From positions 197,233 through 261,232 of the forward strand of contig NMRA01000279.1 in NCBI GenBank assembly GCA_002633005.1: a stretch of DNA of 64,000 nt, read 5' to 3'. Numbering within the stretch: position 1 is the first letter of the stretch; each line of letters begins with the position of its first letter. This document shows positions 1 to 12,920 of the stretch, piece after piece. The position numbers were made by a program, and so were the translations under genes. The notes beneath the pieces are model-generated. The model was given only the letters and a program-made list of their open reading frames with translations. It searched no databases and was not told where the DNA came from. Origin of the DNA: Phoronis australis. Taxonomy: Eukaryota > Animalia > Phoronida.

Positions 1-2825
1 GTGAGATTTTCCTAATTTTGGTGCCTGGAGAGAGACTTTAATATTCCTAGAATAAGGAAAAACACCATTAGTGCATAGTAAACCATTATTACTATTCGTA
101 TTTCAGAGTATTGTCTTAACATTTTGTAACACCCTGTATTCCAATGTGATTATTTGCCTTTGCTTTACCAGAATGGTTCACGTTATTATCGAGTGAAGCC
201 CCTTGAGAGACGGACCGATACAAACTAGCTTTAGACAGTAAATAGATCAACTGTTATGAAGGAGAACGAAATTTTTACTTGTTTGTATTGCCTCAGTAGT
301 GTTGATCTGCGAATTAGTTGAAGATTAAGAAAGAAGGCATTTCTGTGTTCCTGTCCCTCAAGTGAACAGACCCCATCCGTCCTGAGATAGCACTCTAATT
401 CTAATGTTGATTTATCATGAACTTCTTCATTTGTGTGGCGATCGTCCGGTTTTTAATCTTACTGTGGCCAAGAACTGATTTAATTCATTCTAAGGTATTT
501 ACCCACAATGCAACACACGTGTCGAACACTTGTCCTGCTTCTTGGCAATTGTACTAGCCACTATCTAATTCATCATTTTAATGCAGGCAAACTTGTATTA
601 TTGCATTCCGAGATGCGATGCTGACACCAAGAAGTTGTAGGGGAAAGGTGGAAAATATCGGCGTTGGATGTACTTCCCGTGTTAATGAAATCTGGAGCAT
701 GTGGCATTTTGTGAAGTAGTAGGCCAGTCATGCAATGTATTTTTCTACCTCCACGAAAGCGGAGAGTTCAATCCGGGATGGGCCTATGAACAGAATCCCG
801 AGTCCCAAGTCATATTTTAACAGCCCCTGCGCGGACTTTTCAGGAGGTCTAATAACATGGAAGTTCCAAGGTAATGTCAATCTTCATCCGGGAATTTCCG
901 ATAGTGCCGCCATTATGCAAAATTGTATTCTTGCTGATAACTCTTTTACCAATCTGCATAGGTAGATTATTTTGATGCTTTTACACATATTTCCAAGGTC
1001 AGTGAATGAAATCGAGCTAGGTTATAGGTAGATAAATCTCTAATTTGCATAACTTATGCAAACTAGGGTCGCCATCATTTAAAAACCTGCTTGTGTTATA
1101 CACATAGCTGGGATAATAAGCACCGCAGGTAAATGATATTGACGTTTCTTCCCATGCATGGTCAATTAATTTGATAAAATCAGTTTTCAGGCTGTTGCAT
1201 GATAAATTTGCACAATTTGTGAAAAGAATTCCACCATTATGGTAGCCAAAATCCTGTTTCTGTTCATAATTGTCATACAAGTCACATCATATAGATTGCC
1301 TCTACACTTGCACCCATATTTTCTTGGCCAATAAAATTAATGAAATCAGTGTGCGGACATTGCATTAGAAATTTGCATAATTTATGCAAATACGGGTCGA
1401 CGTTATTCATTTCGAATGCTCACCCATACAGACACAATTAATGCGGATACAAATTATGCAGGTAACGAATATTAATCTGAATTTAGATGAGTCAGCTTAA
1501 TCAGTTTGGGGAATATCTCTGTTTACAAGCGCTAACCCATGGTTATGCAAATAGAGGGGTGCGTATATTGAAGAAAGATTACCTGCTTTTTGTTTTAGGA
1601 TGGTTCCGAATTGAATTGAGGATCACTAAAATTAACTTTACTTCCAAGAAAAATTAGAGCCCGTTTTCAGGTGCTTGAGTAGCTCAAATTGCGGCTACGG
1701 TTCGTGACGAAAATTTTGTACGCGAGCAAGGTTAGTGGGAAATTTTAAAATTAAGGTAAATTGTATTACAACTTGAGAGAAAATATATGACTGGGTGTGA
1801 ATGTCAACTGGACGCGTCGCTTAGTAGCTAAAAGCTACTTTGTGAAAGCTTTGTTGAATTCTCGGGGAAATAAAACAAAGACATCTCAAATCCAAACAGA
1901 CAATCGAGCATAGATATAACCACGGCTAAAGAACAAATCGATGTTTTTAGTTTTCTTAAAAGATCATTAGGCACAAGTTAAACTGACGTTAATTGACCAC
2001 ACTAGTTTCTCGAAAGCTGCTGGCCAAACTAAATAAAAGAAACGGCAGGTAGGTGTACCGCAGCGAAAGGCATATTTCTTATATGAATACGATGTGCGAG
2101 ACCGACGTGTTCATTCAACCGTTACCTATATCTGACCTAAATGTTTGGCCTAAACATATTACATGTTTGTCTACGTACACACATAACACATTTGACGATG
2201 TCCAATGTTCGAGAAAACTAGCCACTCGCTCTCCGTCAAGAAACGGAGTATGAATGTTATTGATAGAAATATACAAACTAAGCTAACCCCAGGCTGATAG
2301 ATGAACAAGCCAAGATGAGTTGCTTCGTTGCAGAACAGATTAAAGTGTCTCTTGTTAAATTATTCATAACTGTATTCGCAGCCGCAGAATTACTGAGTGT
2401 TATATGCAAGTCGGACGCCTGGGAGGTGAACGTGCAGGAAACCATGTTAGGAAGAGTTGTGCGCGTATAAGGCCACACTCAAAGGTCAACCTTAACCGCG
2501 TAAGAATTTAATCGGGGGNTATTATTACAACAGTTCATTAGATTGTTTTTCACTCAAGCGGTTGCAAACTGCAAGGTGAGTGTTGGTTGACGCCTAGATT
2601 TTGCATGCGCCTGCATCGGTCGCGCGCTCTACTACATGTTGATGTAAGTTCCACGACGAGGTGACGAGCAGAACTACCCGGGCTGTGGGCAATGTCGGGG
2701 ATGTAACGGAGCTCAATAACGCAAGGCTGTCAAGCTTTATTTTGGCGATAGTCTTTACACAGCTATCTGACCGGTTACGTCATAACCCGCAGTATCACAC
2801 AAAGGCCTTAACTACTCAGTCCCCG

Positions 2826-2940
2826 GCGGTCCTGTTTTGTGGTGGGGCGGTCATGTTTTTAGGTGCGTCAGTCCTGTTTTGTGGTGGGACGGTCATGTTT
2901 ATAGGTGCGTCAGTCCTGTTTGGGTGAGTCGGTCATGTTG
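2826..2940. repeat. Minisatellite, 42-bp unit (21-bp dimer), ~2.7 copies
   Basis: gtcctgttttgtggtggg(g/a)cggtcatgttt(t/a)taggtgcgtca repeated. Confidence 0.85.
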
Positions 2941-4495
2941 TTTCTCACCCGTGAATTAAGTTAGGCCTACATTCAAGACACAGTGTATCGGTTGGCATTG
3001 ATGGCAAGCCCGGATGTCGTTTTTTCTCCTGATTCCCGTGATTATCTGTTCACAACCCCGTCACCCCTGCTTCTTGTCCGACTGAAAAACGCCTGTTTTG
3101 AGGGGGTACACCCGTTATCTGACGTAACAGCAGTGACGAGAATAGACGTAATAAAGAGGTTGTCGACCAGCAACGTAAAACACAGCTACCGAGGTGAACT
3201 TTGGACAAATTAAGGGAAGTCGTCTTAGAACAAATGTTTTTCCTGTATTCAGTGGAGAATAAATCGGGTTCGTTTTGAATCAGATGTTGTGCACTCCCTC
3301 GGGAATCCTTAATCAAAACTGCTTTTGCACTGGTGGACGTAGGATCTTACAAGAGGAGGGGAGGCAAACACCAGTTTGGCGGGGAAATGTTTGGTTGTAC
3401 CCCTCAAACGCTTTCAAATTTTGATGTTAAAATCCTTTCTAACCTTTTAGGCATAATATGTGGCATGTAGTTTTTGTTTTTTATCACTTTTACGTTACAA
3501 TAACCCCGCAAGTTGGATTTCGTTATTTCCCACGTTTGTTCCCTGCGTGTTTGCACGACGACCTCTTACGGTAACAAATTGATTTAGACCAATCTGCACC
3601 ATCTGCTCTTCCCGAGGTAAAATTGAAACATAGTACTAATCTCCGTTTTTGTTGATTCACAGGAGTATCAATCATTACACAGTATTTGCTCTTGCTCAGC
3701 ATTTCACTGTATACATCAACACAATTTCAATCATATGTTTTGTAAAGCAGACAAAATTGAGGCTTTTCAAGCATGGCTCACGATTGATGTGTGGTGCAGT
3801 CAGATGTGGAATTCAGTGGAGCCTCGGTGTCACGAAAACTGGCATCGCTCGCGTTTACAGTCACTGACTGGCATCAGAATACGTGCCCAATTCGTGTAAA
3901 ATTGTGTTCAGGACTGCAGGATTTCACATCTTAGATATCATGGGCAACAAAAAATATCTGATGGACAATTTCCTAACATGATCGATACGCAGTGATAGCG
4001 TTGATGTCCTTTCCGATTTGACTATTACGGTCACGTGGTGTTTTTGTCTCACGGAGACTCAGCTGCCGGGGGTCAAGTTGCCTTCACGATCCGAGGCAAC
4101 GACTTGATACAAAAAATAAACGACTGAGGTAAATTATAAATTAGGAGTATACTGGATTTGATTTCCGTTCATAGCAGAACTGCATGAAGTTGTCATCGAC
4201 ATTTATTTAATCGTTTGTATTGTTTTATTTGTGACCCAGAATTCCAACAGTGTTTGGATCCGAGATACCGTATTAATTGCACCTGTAGAAGACTATGTCA
4301 AGATCTCCGCAAAACCGATCGCAACCATAGACAAAGAAAGTCATGGTTATAACACAGACTCACTCTTTCTTCCAACAACGAGACTGTGAAACGATAAATA
4401 TTGCGCAGTTTTGGAACACTTCACTTGCTATCCAAATTATCACCCCTGCGTGGATTGCCGCTTTTGTTTAAATTTCCATTTCTTACACGGTTCTG

Positions 4496-4888
4496 GGACT
4501 CCTAAACACGGTCACGGACGCAAAACCACGACTCACGTAGGCCAACCTGCAAACACCGTTCACTGACTCACATACGGGGATCGGACTCACAAAACACGAT
4601 CCATTCACCTGAAATATACGGTCACGGATTCACATTCCCGAAGAAATGGGGTTAACGGACCGCCAAATACGCTAAACCCGGCGATCAATACCATCTTGAG
4701 GCTTGGGGACGAGGCTGACCCGGGAAGCCGATGAGTCCGTGGCCGACGTGCATTTCAATGGCATGCTTTATCAGAGTGAACCGTGTTTGGCGGTGAGTCC
4801 GATCCCGTGTATGTGAGTCAGTGAACGGTGTTTGCAAGTAGGCCTACGTGAGTCGTGGTTTTGCGTCCGTGACCGTGTTTAGGAGTCC
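4496..4888. mobile_element. Foldback/MITE-like element with ~95-bp inverted arms
   Basis: 4496-4590 (ggactcctaaacacggtcacggacgcaaaacc...ggactcac) is the near-exact reverse complement of 4793-4888. Confidence 0.8.
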
Positions 4889-5212
4889 GTTAACCGTTTA
4901 GTTTAGGTACCTTGGATACGGTAAAATCCCCAATTTGAGACACATCATGGCGGTCAAGGGAAATTTTATTTTAAGTTCTGTAGCTACCATCAGTAAAAGA
5001 TTTAAGAAATTTGAGGGCATTCACGACAGTTTTAGAAGTTTTTGAAAATGTAAAGCAGGTAATATTGGAAATTGTTTCTGTTCGAAATAGACGACATTTA
5101 CCGTATACTTATGTACGTAACGTATACAGTGCAAATCCGAGTTGGAAGAACTTATCATTGTTTGTGGCACTCACGTTATATAAATGGCTTGCGGATGTCA
5201 AAACAAATGATT

Positions 5213-5229
5213 CAGCGCCACCTAGTGGA
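5213..5229 (-). promoter_or_regulatory. CTCF-consensus motif
   Basis: Reverse complement TCCACTAGGTGGCGCTG matches the CTCF core CCASYAGRKGGCRS. Confidence 0.45.
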
Positions 5230-5642
5230 CTGTACCCAGATATAGCGATTCCTATTTGTTGAAGATTGTCAATGACTTTGATCTACATTATTTTGTGCTT
5301 ATTACTTGTTTTATGTTTTCACCGTAGAAAGACAGCGTTACAGTATCAGACTAGATACAGTCCAAATTGTTGAAAATTGGATGAAATCTACGACGACGTT
5401 GTCTTTTGAACATTTAACTTCGTTTACGTGACCAACTGTTTTCTTATCGTCAACCTACATTTGATTTTCCCTTGTGTATTTAATCTGCATAGTCAGCACT
5501 TAATTCAATAATGCTACAGGGTGTGTTCTTGATTCCAACATGTGTAATTAGTCTAAACGAGCATTTTGGTTTTAATTTTAGAGTCGTGTTCGTGACTAAG
5601 TGGCGGTAGCAGTGTTGATAATTTCTTTTATTTTCTTTTCAG

Positions 5643-5690
5643 CGCTATTAGTCTGTGAGAGCCAGGCTTGCTCCGACGACTATTTCGGAG
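5643..5690 (+). CDS. qvr: Quiver/sleepless-like Ly6 gene, probable internal exon (end of signal peptide and mature N-terminus, xLLVCESQACSDDYFG)
   Basis: Strong acceptor (ttttcttttcag) and donor (G|gtgagt). 48 nt, phase 1-1, joins 12098 in frame to give ...SQACSDDYFGGTIKCFSC. The upstream ATG exon was not identified. Confidence 0.65.
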
Positions 5691-6669
5691 GTGAGTTGAA
5701 CGCAAGCGGCGCGTGGAGACATCAATTTTTAATACAAACCTAGTAGCACGTTTTCAGTATCGATTCATGGTACAGCAAGTTCGTGACGTCACGAATATTC
5801 ATCGTGTCGACTTGGTCATAAGATCATCGGGGAAAAAGTCTGATCCAATCTAGAATTATAAACCAGTCTTTGCGATCCCTAAAGTACGTTTTGTGTTGTT
5901 GGTAGCGGATGATGATCTTTTCGTAAAATGTCGAAAGTGGCCCGCAAAATGTCGACCGTTGGCATTTTCAGAGAAACAGAGTACTTATCATGTCAAGTTG
6001 ATAACCTAATGCATATTTATTCGAAGATACTGAGCAGTCTCTCGTCAAGTTGGTAAAATGCACCAACCAGCCTTTTTTGTTTGTACCCAATCAATGGAAT
6101 CGAACAGGACAATAAAGATGTTTGTTGTTTGCAAACAAATGAGGCAATTGTAAGCGCACATAAGTTTTCAGTGATTACCCTGAATGTTGCCATATAATGG
6201 AAACAATGCGCGAACTATTGAACCCATGATGTGTTTGGCAAGACTGTAATAATCACAACTGCGCTGGTCACCGTGAGAATCACGGGTTCAGCACACGTGG
6301 GAGCAGCTCACTAGTCCGAAGGTGCACTAGTCTGAAGGTGCACCAGTCTTAAGGTCTTTACCTATTAAGGCAGAACCGAGCTGATAAAGCATTAAAATGC
6401 TATTTTTATCGAAACTCACTGATACATTGTAGCAAATTTAGCGCTGTTCTTGAGGAGCACTGGTTTTCGGAATATTGGGCTGTAACCACTCAAGGCATAT
6501 TTTGAAGGTCGATTTCACACGCGGTGGAAACCCCATCAAAGTGTGTAAGTGTCCGACGGCGGTTATTTTCGGTCGGTAGGCCGCGCCACTGTGACTCAAT
6601 AAAGAACCGAAGTATTGTGTCTTGTCGCATGTAGAAAAAACACGAAAAATACTCCCGAGTTCGAAATCT

Positions 6670-6937
6670 CATGCGCGCAGCCAGCCTTTAATATGAGGGG
6701 GGGGGGCTCGAATTTCCGACGATGTGGACCTTTTACCGACCAAAAAACCCGAAGGACTAAAAAAACGGGGTACCACGTCCAGGGATGTGAATTGTGCGTT
6801 TGCGCCTTTTTAGTGGACTTTTTGTCTCGTTTTCTCGGACTTTTTGTTTCTCTGGGGCGGACCTTTTGTCCACTTCGCCAAATGGGAGGCTCCGCGTTCG
6901 AGCCCCCGAGCCCCCCCCGCCCCTGGGTGCGCGCACG
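6670..6937. mobile_element. Non-autonomous TIR element (family A), 15-bp TIRs, 5-bp TSD AATCT
   Basis: Ends catgcgcgcagccag ... ctgggtgcgcgcacg, with aatct on both sides. Related copies at ~7590-7735 (partial) and 18145-18409 (opposite orientation). Confidence 0.8.
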
Positions 6938-8337
6938 AATCTCATACCATTTTTGGACTAGTGCCGCACCTCCGGACTAGTACGCCTTCAGACTTTTGCC
7001 ATGCAACCCATAGCACGCGTTGTTTCATCCAACAACACAATTCATCACGTGGTCGACACGTTGCAACGATGTACCAGCGCTGGTCGTGGATGCCAATCAC
7101 TGAGTTGTGCCTTCAACATATCGGTGGCTGGGGTCGTCACGGCTTGGAGCGACACGGATAACCCATGCAATATATCGCGGTCGAATTTTTCTTGAACAGC
7201 TGTTTCAAGGAGGAAAGCTAACGTTTTTGATTCTGTCCTTCAACCAAAAATGAGAATCCATGACGGGTTACCTTAGTAACAGCCAGCGTACTGGTCTAAT
7301 GACCGACTCGGAATTGGAAGTTATTATAGTGTTTGTGCACAGTAAAAGTGATTATAAACACGTGGTGCAGGAGACTTGATTATTAGTTGGACCACGTCAC
7401 TTCACTGCTCTCGCGTGTGTAGTTAATAAGGATCTTGAGATCCGTAATTTAGCTAAGATATGTCTCTAAGATAACATGCTATTTGCGTTGGCCTAGACAA
7501 CAACAAATACGTTTGAAGGCATGATGTTGTCTTAGACATCTAATCAAATTCACGCTCTTAAAGGTCAATTTTACCCTAAAAAAGTTGTTTGCATGCGCGC
7601 GAAGGGGCAAAAAGGTTCGCCCCAGAAAAACAAAAACTCCGAAAAAAGTAGAAAACGAGAAAAAAGTCCTCGAAAAAGACAGGAACCACCAAAATTCGGC
7701 GAATGCACGATTCATAGCTCTGAACGTCGCACGCAATGAGATAAATATATATAGAGCTCTGCTGCCTTTGCCTCTCGTGTTGGGTAGTGGCAAATGGGGA
7801 ACCGGAATCCTTTGTATTCTGAAACGAAGATAAGTCAATGTTCTTATTTTAAAGTAAAGTTTTGTTCGACCAACTATTATGCTCACGATTTGTGTTGGCC
7901 TATGTCTCAACCTCCTCCCGTGATTTAATCTTGCACGCGCTATCCAGTGAGTACACTTGACGCGATGTCAGATTTTGTTACTAATCTTGATTCTAGACTA
8001 TTAATTTTTTATTCTTTCACATTCTTGATTTTGCGTGAGTTTCACGTTAAATCTTCAGTGCTCGGTTGAGGGTTTATTGGCAAATCTCCCCGTAAAACAA
8101 AAAGGTTCAGTCTTGTTACCAGTGAACGTGAGTATCGATTGATTGATCTCGGGATTTTCTGTTCACACGCCTGTGTGAAGCATACCCACTATCTGTTCGT
8201 ATCCTAGTCACAATTGCAACGTGACACTCGATGAAACCCGCCAACATTTCTGAAAAATAAGGTACAGCCACATGTAAGCTAACAAGACTACATTAGAATA
8301 AACAGAAGACGAAACTATTAAGTTTATTTCCGGGAAT

Positions 8338-8773
8338 CAGTGCCGGGTTGCATGAAACAGTCCCAAATAGGGACTCAACTAAGGTCCCTAAGTCTTATTG
8401 CGTATTTGTGTCTTTATGGACTCACAGATGCAATATTTTTCTGTCATTTCATCTTTATTATGAGCTCCTCTTTGATTAATGACATTTTCTAATAATATAA
8501 ATGAAAACTGAGACCACAGTTCATTGAAAAGTATAGGGACTCAGTCCTTATTGGGGTGTTGCATGAAAAAATTCCTACTTATTTTCGATAATATTGACAA
8601 TTTAACTTAGAGTTCACTCTTGATTTGTATCAAAGTCAAAAGTTAACTTAGTAATAAAACTAAAGCGATACAAGAAAGGGCAATCGATGTTTTCACAAGT
8701 CCAAAAATACGCAGTAGATTTAGGAAACTTAGTTGAGTCCCTATGTGGGACTTTTAAATGCAATCGGGCACTG
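8338..8773. mobile_element. MITE with long imperfect TIRs (possibly PIF/Harbinger-derived)
   Basis: cagtgccgggttgcat..gtcccaaatagggactcaactaag / cttagttgagtccctatgtgggac..atgcaatcgggcactg. AAT on both flanks. Confidence 0.75.
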
Positions 8774-11120
8774 AATTCTCATTCTGCGCTTTGTTTGGCT
8801 TCGTTGAATGTTCATGAAAAAGACAAAAACTGTTTAAAGACGGAAGATGTTCATTTCACACGGGCGCAGGTGCGTTATTCCCATTTTACCCTTTGAAGGA
8901 GACCTTGTAAAATGGTGGTATGGTATTTACACTCTTTCACACAGGTGGCGCTGTGTCAGAGGGTAGTATGGTATGTTTACCGGGTAGCAATTTCCGTTCA
9001 CTTATTCTTCTCTGATTAATGATAGTCCAAAAATACCCTAAGGCTAACGCCCAGAAACTTTCAGTGAAGTTTAACACCTATTGGCTGCGAAAAAACTCCA
9101 TGCAGTCTACTGTTTGGGAACAGTTGTTGCCTTTGTGTGTACAATTATTGAATCCCATGATGGTCGTTAGACGACTGCAGTCGTGTGAAACTCTAATACA
9201 CGCGAGAGAACTTCAACATTTCTGGGAAACCAAGATTGATTAGAAGAATCGGAGCTTGAAAACTCGATCTATATGTAACACATCTTTCAAGAATACTGTA
9301 TGACAAGAATCCAAGATCGCGAAATCTTAAGTAACGGCTTTTAAGCGGATGCAGAAGTCAGATTTTATTGATCAAATTCTTACGAATGGTGTCCAGTCTC
9401 TGTACTCAAAACTATACGCGACTACTTAGACAATTTCATGATTTCTTCCGCTAAATTTGCAAAACTATACTAGAATAATGAGACATGATTGGTTAAACTC
9501 CAAATACAGATCTCACTCGTCTGAGCCTTGGCCAGTCACTAATTATTAGCAATCTTCTTAAATGTATTCATACATTAATACTCACGCCTATTACATAATA
9601 AACCAGACACCGATTGCTCCTTACTTGGGCAGAACTATCCGACTGGTACTTCACCACGCAGATCTACGGGAATATAATATATATTATGCCACTTGAAGAA
9701 ATTACCTTTGTGGCAAGAACTGATTTTTTCGTTAGTTTTTACGAGGAACACTGGTGGATTTAGAATTTCGCGATGGGGGATGACGGACCCGACAATTGCC
9801 AAGGTGCAAACAGTCGCAAAATCTGCGTTTTTTGCTCATGACTGAAGGAAGGCCCATGCGGAATGGGTAAACCCCCGTCAACAAAGTCGTACATCCGTCA
9901 CCGTCGGCTGGGGTCATTGTACACTGCAACCGGTCTGGCAAATGTAATGTGAGCGTCAGGCTTCATTGAAATAGAAGTGTTACTGACAGTTCTTGTGATA
10001 GTGTTACTGTCGGTTACGTCTGACGGAGTTACACTATTTGAAAACTGATACATTTAATAGTGTTTTACACTGGGCTCGCATTTACTAAAATATATCAATC
10101 TTCAAAAGTTTCAGGCACAACTTTAAACTGTATTCGCCGCTATTTCACTGCCAGTGTTGAATTCTTACCAAAGCGACCTGAACTTTAAAACATCATTACC
10201 ACGATCATCCGATCTTGGATTATTGCCAAATGAGCGGGCAAATAAAATCACAGGCAATTCGAATCATCAGTTTTATGGATGGCCAATCCCAATAAACTCT
10301 GAAGCGTTTACTTCAGTTGCTGATAGTTTCGGGGTTCTTGTTGATAACAGAAGTAAAAGCCGTTTCACGATAAGGAATATTTTGAGACCGATTTTGATTT
10401 TTAGCCAGGCAAACAGGGCGAAATGCAACTTTAAATTCATCTTCGTAGTAACATTAATTTCGAAATCTTGCTTAGCCCGACTTTATAGCAAACTTTTACG
10501 TAACTGCCAATTATAGGTTAATGACCCTTGAATTTTCGGTGGCCACAAATTTCTACTCCTTCGACTGAACAGTGCTCATTGTTTAGCTTCTAGTTAAAGG
10601 GCTTTTATACAATTTCAATAACTCCAAGATTTTTGTAGACAGGTTGATCCACAGAAAAGAGTATCAGATAGTGTTGGTCATGATAAAAGACCTGATACAG
10701 AAGACTGAAAGAGGGTCAAAGTTTGCTGCTCAGCGATGTTTGAAAAGTGAAGCTCGTGTAATCATCGGTGTATCGTGAATTTGCGAGAGTTGGACGTGCA
10801 GCAGACGAATACACCGTCGCGTGTCTTGTTCTGCGAGGAGATGTGCTTCCAAATTACGATACTCGCATTTTTAAACTTTGCGCAAAATTATTTATTTAAT
10901 TAGCACACATAGATGGCTCACGAAGTTAACGCGTCTGTTTACATCCTTTCATCGTAGGGGCCTTTAATTCCCAAACGACAACCGTTCACTACACATGTTT
11001 ATTTAAGTAAATTGGTGCAAACACCAACTAATTCGGCTCAATTGTTTGCCACTATTTATGATGCCCCGCAATCAAATATTCACATCACTAAAAAATCAGT
11101 CCGGCCTCTAACACATATAT

Positions 11121-11222
11121 GCACACACACACACACGCACACGCACACGCACACACACACACATACACACACAAACACGCACGCACACAAACAACGCATA
11201 CAAACAACGCAAACAAACAACG
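11121..11222. repeat. (CA)n / CACG / CAAA microsatellite
   Basis: Direct observation. Confidence 0.9.
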
Positions 11223-12097
11223 CACTCAAGCAACGCGCACTTGGATTTGACGACATTTCTCAGATGAAAAGAAAACCTCTATTCATGATATCAGGAAGAG
11301 ATAAACATCCTGGTTATCTCTTCCTGATGATATTCATTCTAACGTGACAACCATGGAACAGTTACGTAAGTCACTAGATGGCGTGCCAGCGCGCTCGAGT
11401 AGGCTCACCAAGAACTGCGAAACAACACGTTGTGGAAATCGAGGACATTTCTTGAGGCCACTCAAAAATCTAGCTCGGCAAAGAGTCATTTTAACTCTAT
11501 AATGAAAATTTCTAAAACTTGTGATGGAAAGTCAGTTATTTTTGGGCAAAGATTTGCATTTCCAGCCTCATTCAAATCATCCGTTCATTCTAAACGACGT
11601 TCAGTTAGCCCACTACGTCAGAGACGGAAATGGGATTTTAAGAAAATTGTTGCAATGGTCATCTGCCGCAATCAATGCCGTTCTTCTGAACGTACTCTGT
11701 TTTGGGGACTTGTTAAAGGGAAAGTGCATATCGTGTAATCCAGGAACCATTAGCGCAACAAGAAGTAACGCGAAACTGTTGGTGTGGTGAGGGATGAAAT
11801 GGGTGGCAACCAGGGGGGCACTTTGCAATGAACGGGGGGCGGGGGGGGGGTGGGCAACCGCGAAACTGAAAAGAGTTTCGACGGGGAGGGCTTAGCGTGA
11901 TGAGCAGGGGGGAAGGGCATGGTCCCGTTGTTGTGCTCTCGCATGCAATGCCAGTGTCAGGAAGTCAGCTGAGCTGGCTCATTTCAAACGGCGGCACTGT
12001 CTAGAACTATCATGTACTCCGTCTTCTGTCATGACATGTTGAGACAATGTGGTCGTAAAATTGTTGTTTTGGAATGAATTTGCATCAACTTTTACAG

Positions 12098-12223
12098 GGA
12101 CAATCAAATGTTTCTCCTGCGAAGGAGCGTCGAACAACAGTAGCTGCGGTGATCCTTTTACGGAGAAAAACACAATTGACTGCCGGAAAGGGGCTTGTCT
12201 AAAGTGGGAAAGACTTGTAGACG
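12098..12223 (+). CDS. qvr: Quiver/sleepless-like Ly6/uPAR three-finger protein, exon with first five domain cysteines (TIKCFSCEGASNNSSCGDPFTEKNTIDCRKGACLKWERLVD)
   Basis: Acceptor acttttacag, donor G|gtaagc, phase 1-1. IKCFSC...CGDPF is the typical start of a QVR-type Ly6 domain. Confidence 0.9.
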
Positions 12224-12920
12224 GTAAGCTGAAAAAATTATGAAAGTCGGGAGTCTCCAATATGTATATGTACATCAAAACGTTCCGGCAGTAGTTTGCA
12301 GTTTCCTCGTGGGAGTCACAAGGTCTTCTTTCACCTGCTCGTGGATTCTTTAAACATGTTAAAATCTGACCAGAAAATTTTTCTGGCAAAGTTCTCAATC
12401 TTCAAATCTTTCTAAGTTTAGTTTTTGAGAAGCAGAAAGTATTTAAAGGTGAGATTGACTATCTCTGAATTCATATTAGAGACAAACCACTTGCGTGACA
12501 TTTTTTCGCTCAGATGTCGTGCAAAATATTTTCAACTCTTGGTGAATTTGGCCTGGTGAACACCAAAGGTTCGCAAAGTACCTCTTCGGCACATGAGAAT
12601 CCAGTCTTGCGTCTTCCACTGGTTGTGAGATGCCACAGTCCGACACCGTGACATTAAGGTCTCTCCAGGTACACAACTCAAAAGCGCCTTCAGACGAAGA
12701 GTTTGAGTGCAGTGACTGCCCTAAACAGTGCGCGTATTTAGGCGAGTGCGCCAACATGTCAAGCTTCACATGATTCCAGAAATAGGTGCATGCGCCTAAA
12801 TGAGAAATATGTCAGTGAAACATAGGAAAATTGTAAACTATTGTCTGAAGTGATTGAATTTTAAATAACCCTTCAATTGGTAGACGTTGATGAATAATCA
12901 GTTTGATATTTACTATCTAT

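Noticed and set aside
6615-7910. Cluster of overlapping 60-140 aa ORFs
   Set aside because: They coincide with GC-rich MITE copies and have no transposase motifs.
11521-11790. 89-aa ORF with CISC as a possible Ly6 first exon
   Set aside because: No suitable phase-1 donor and no N-terminal signal peptide. The 5643 exon fits better.
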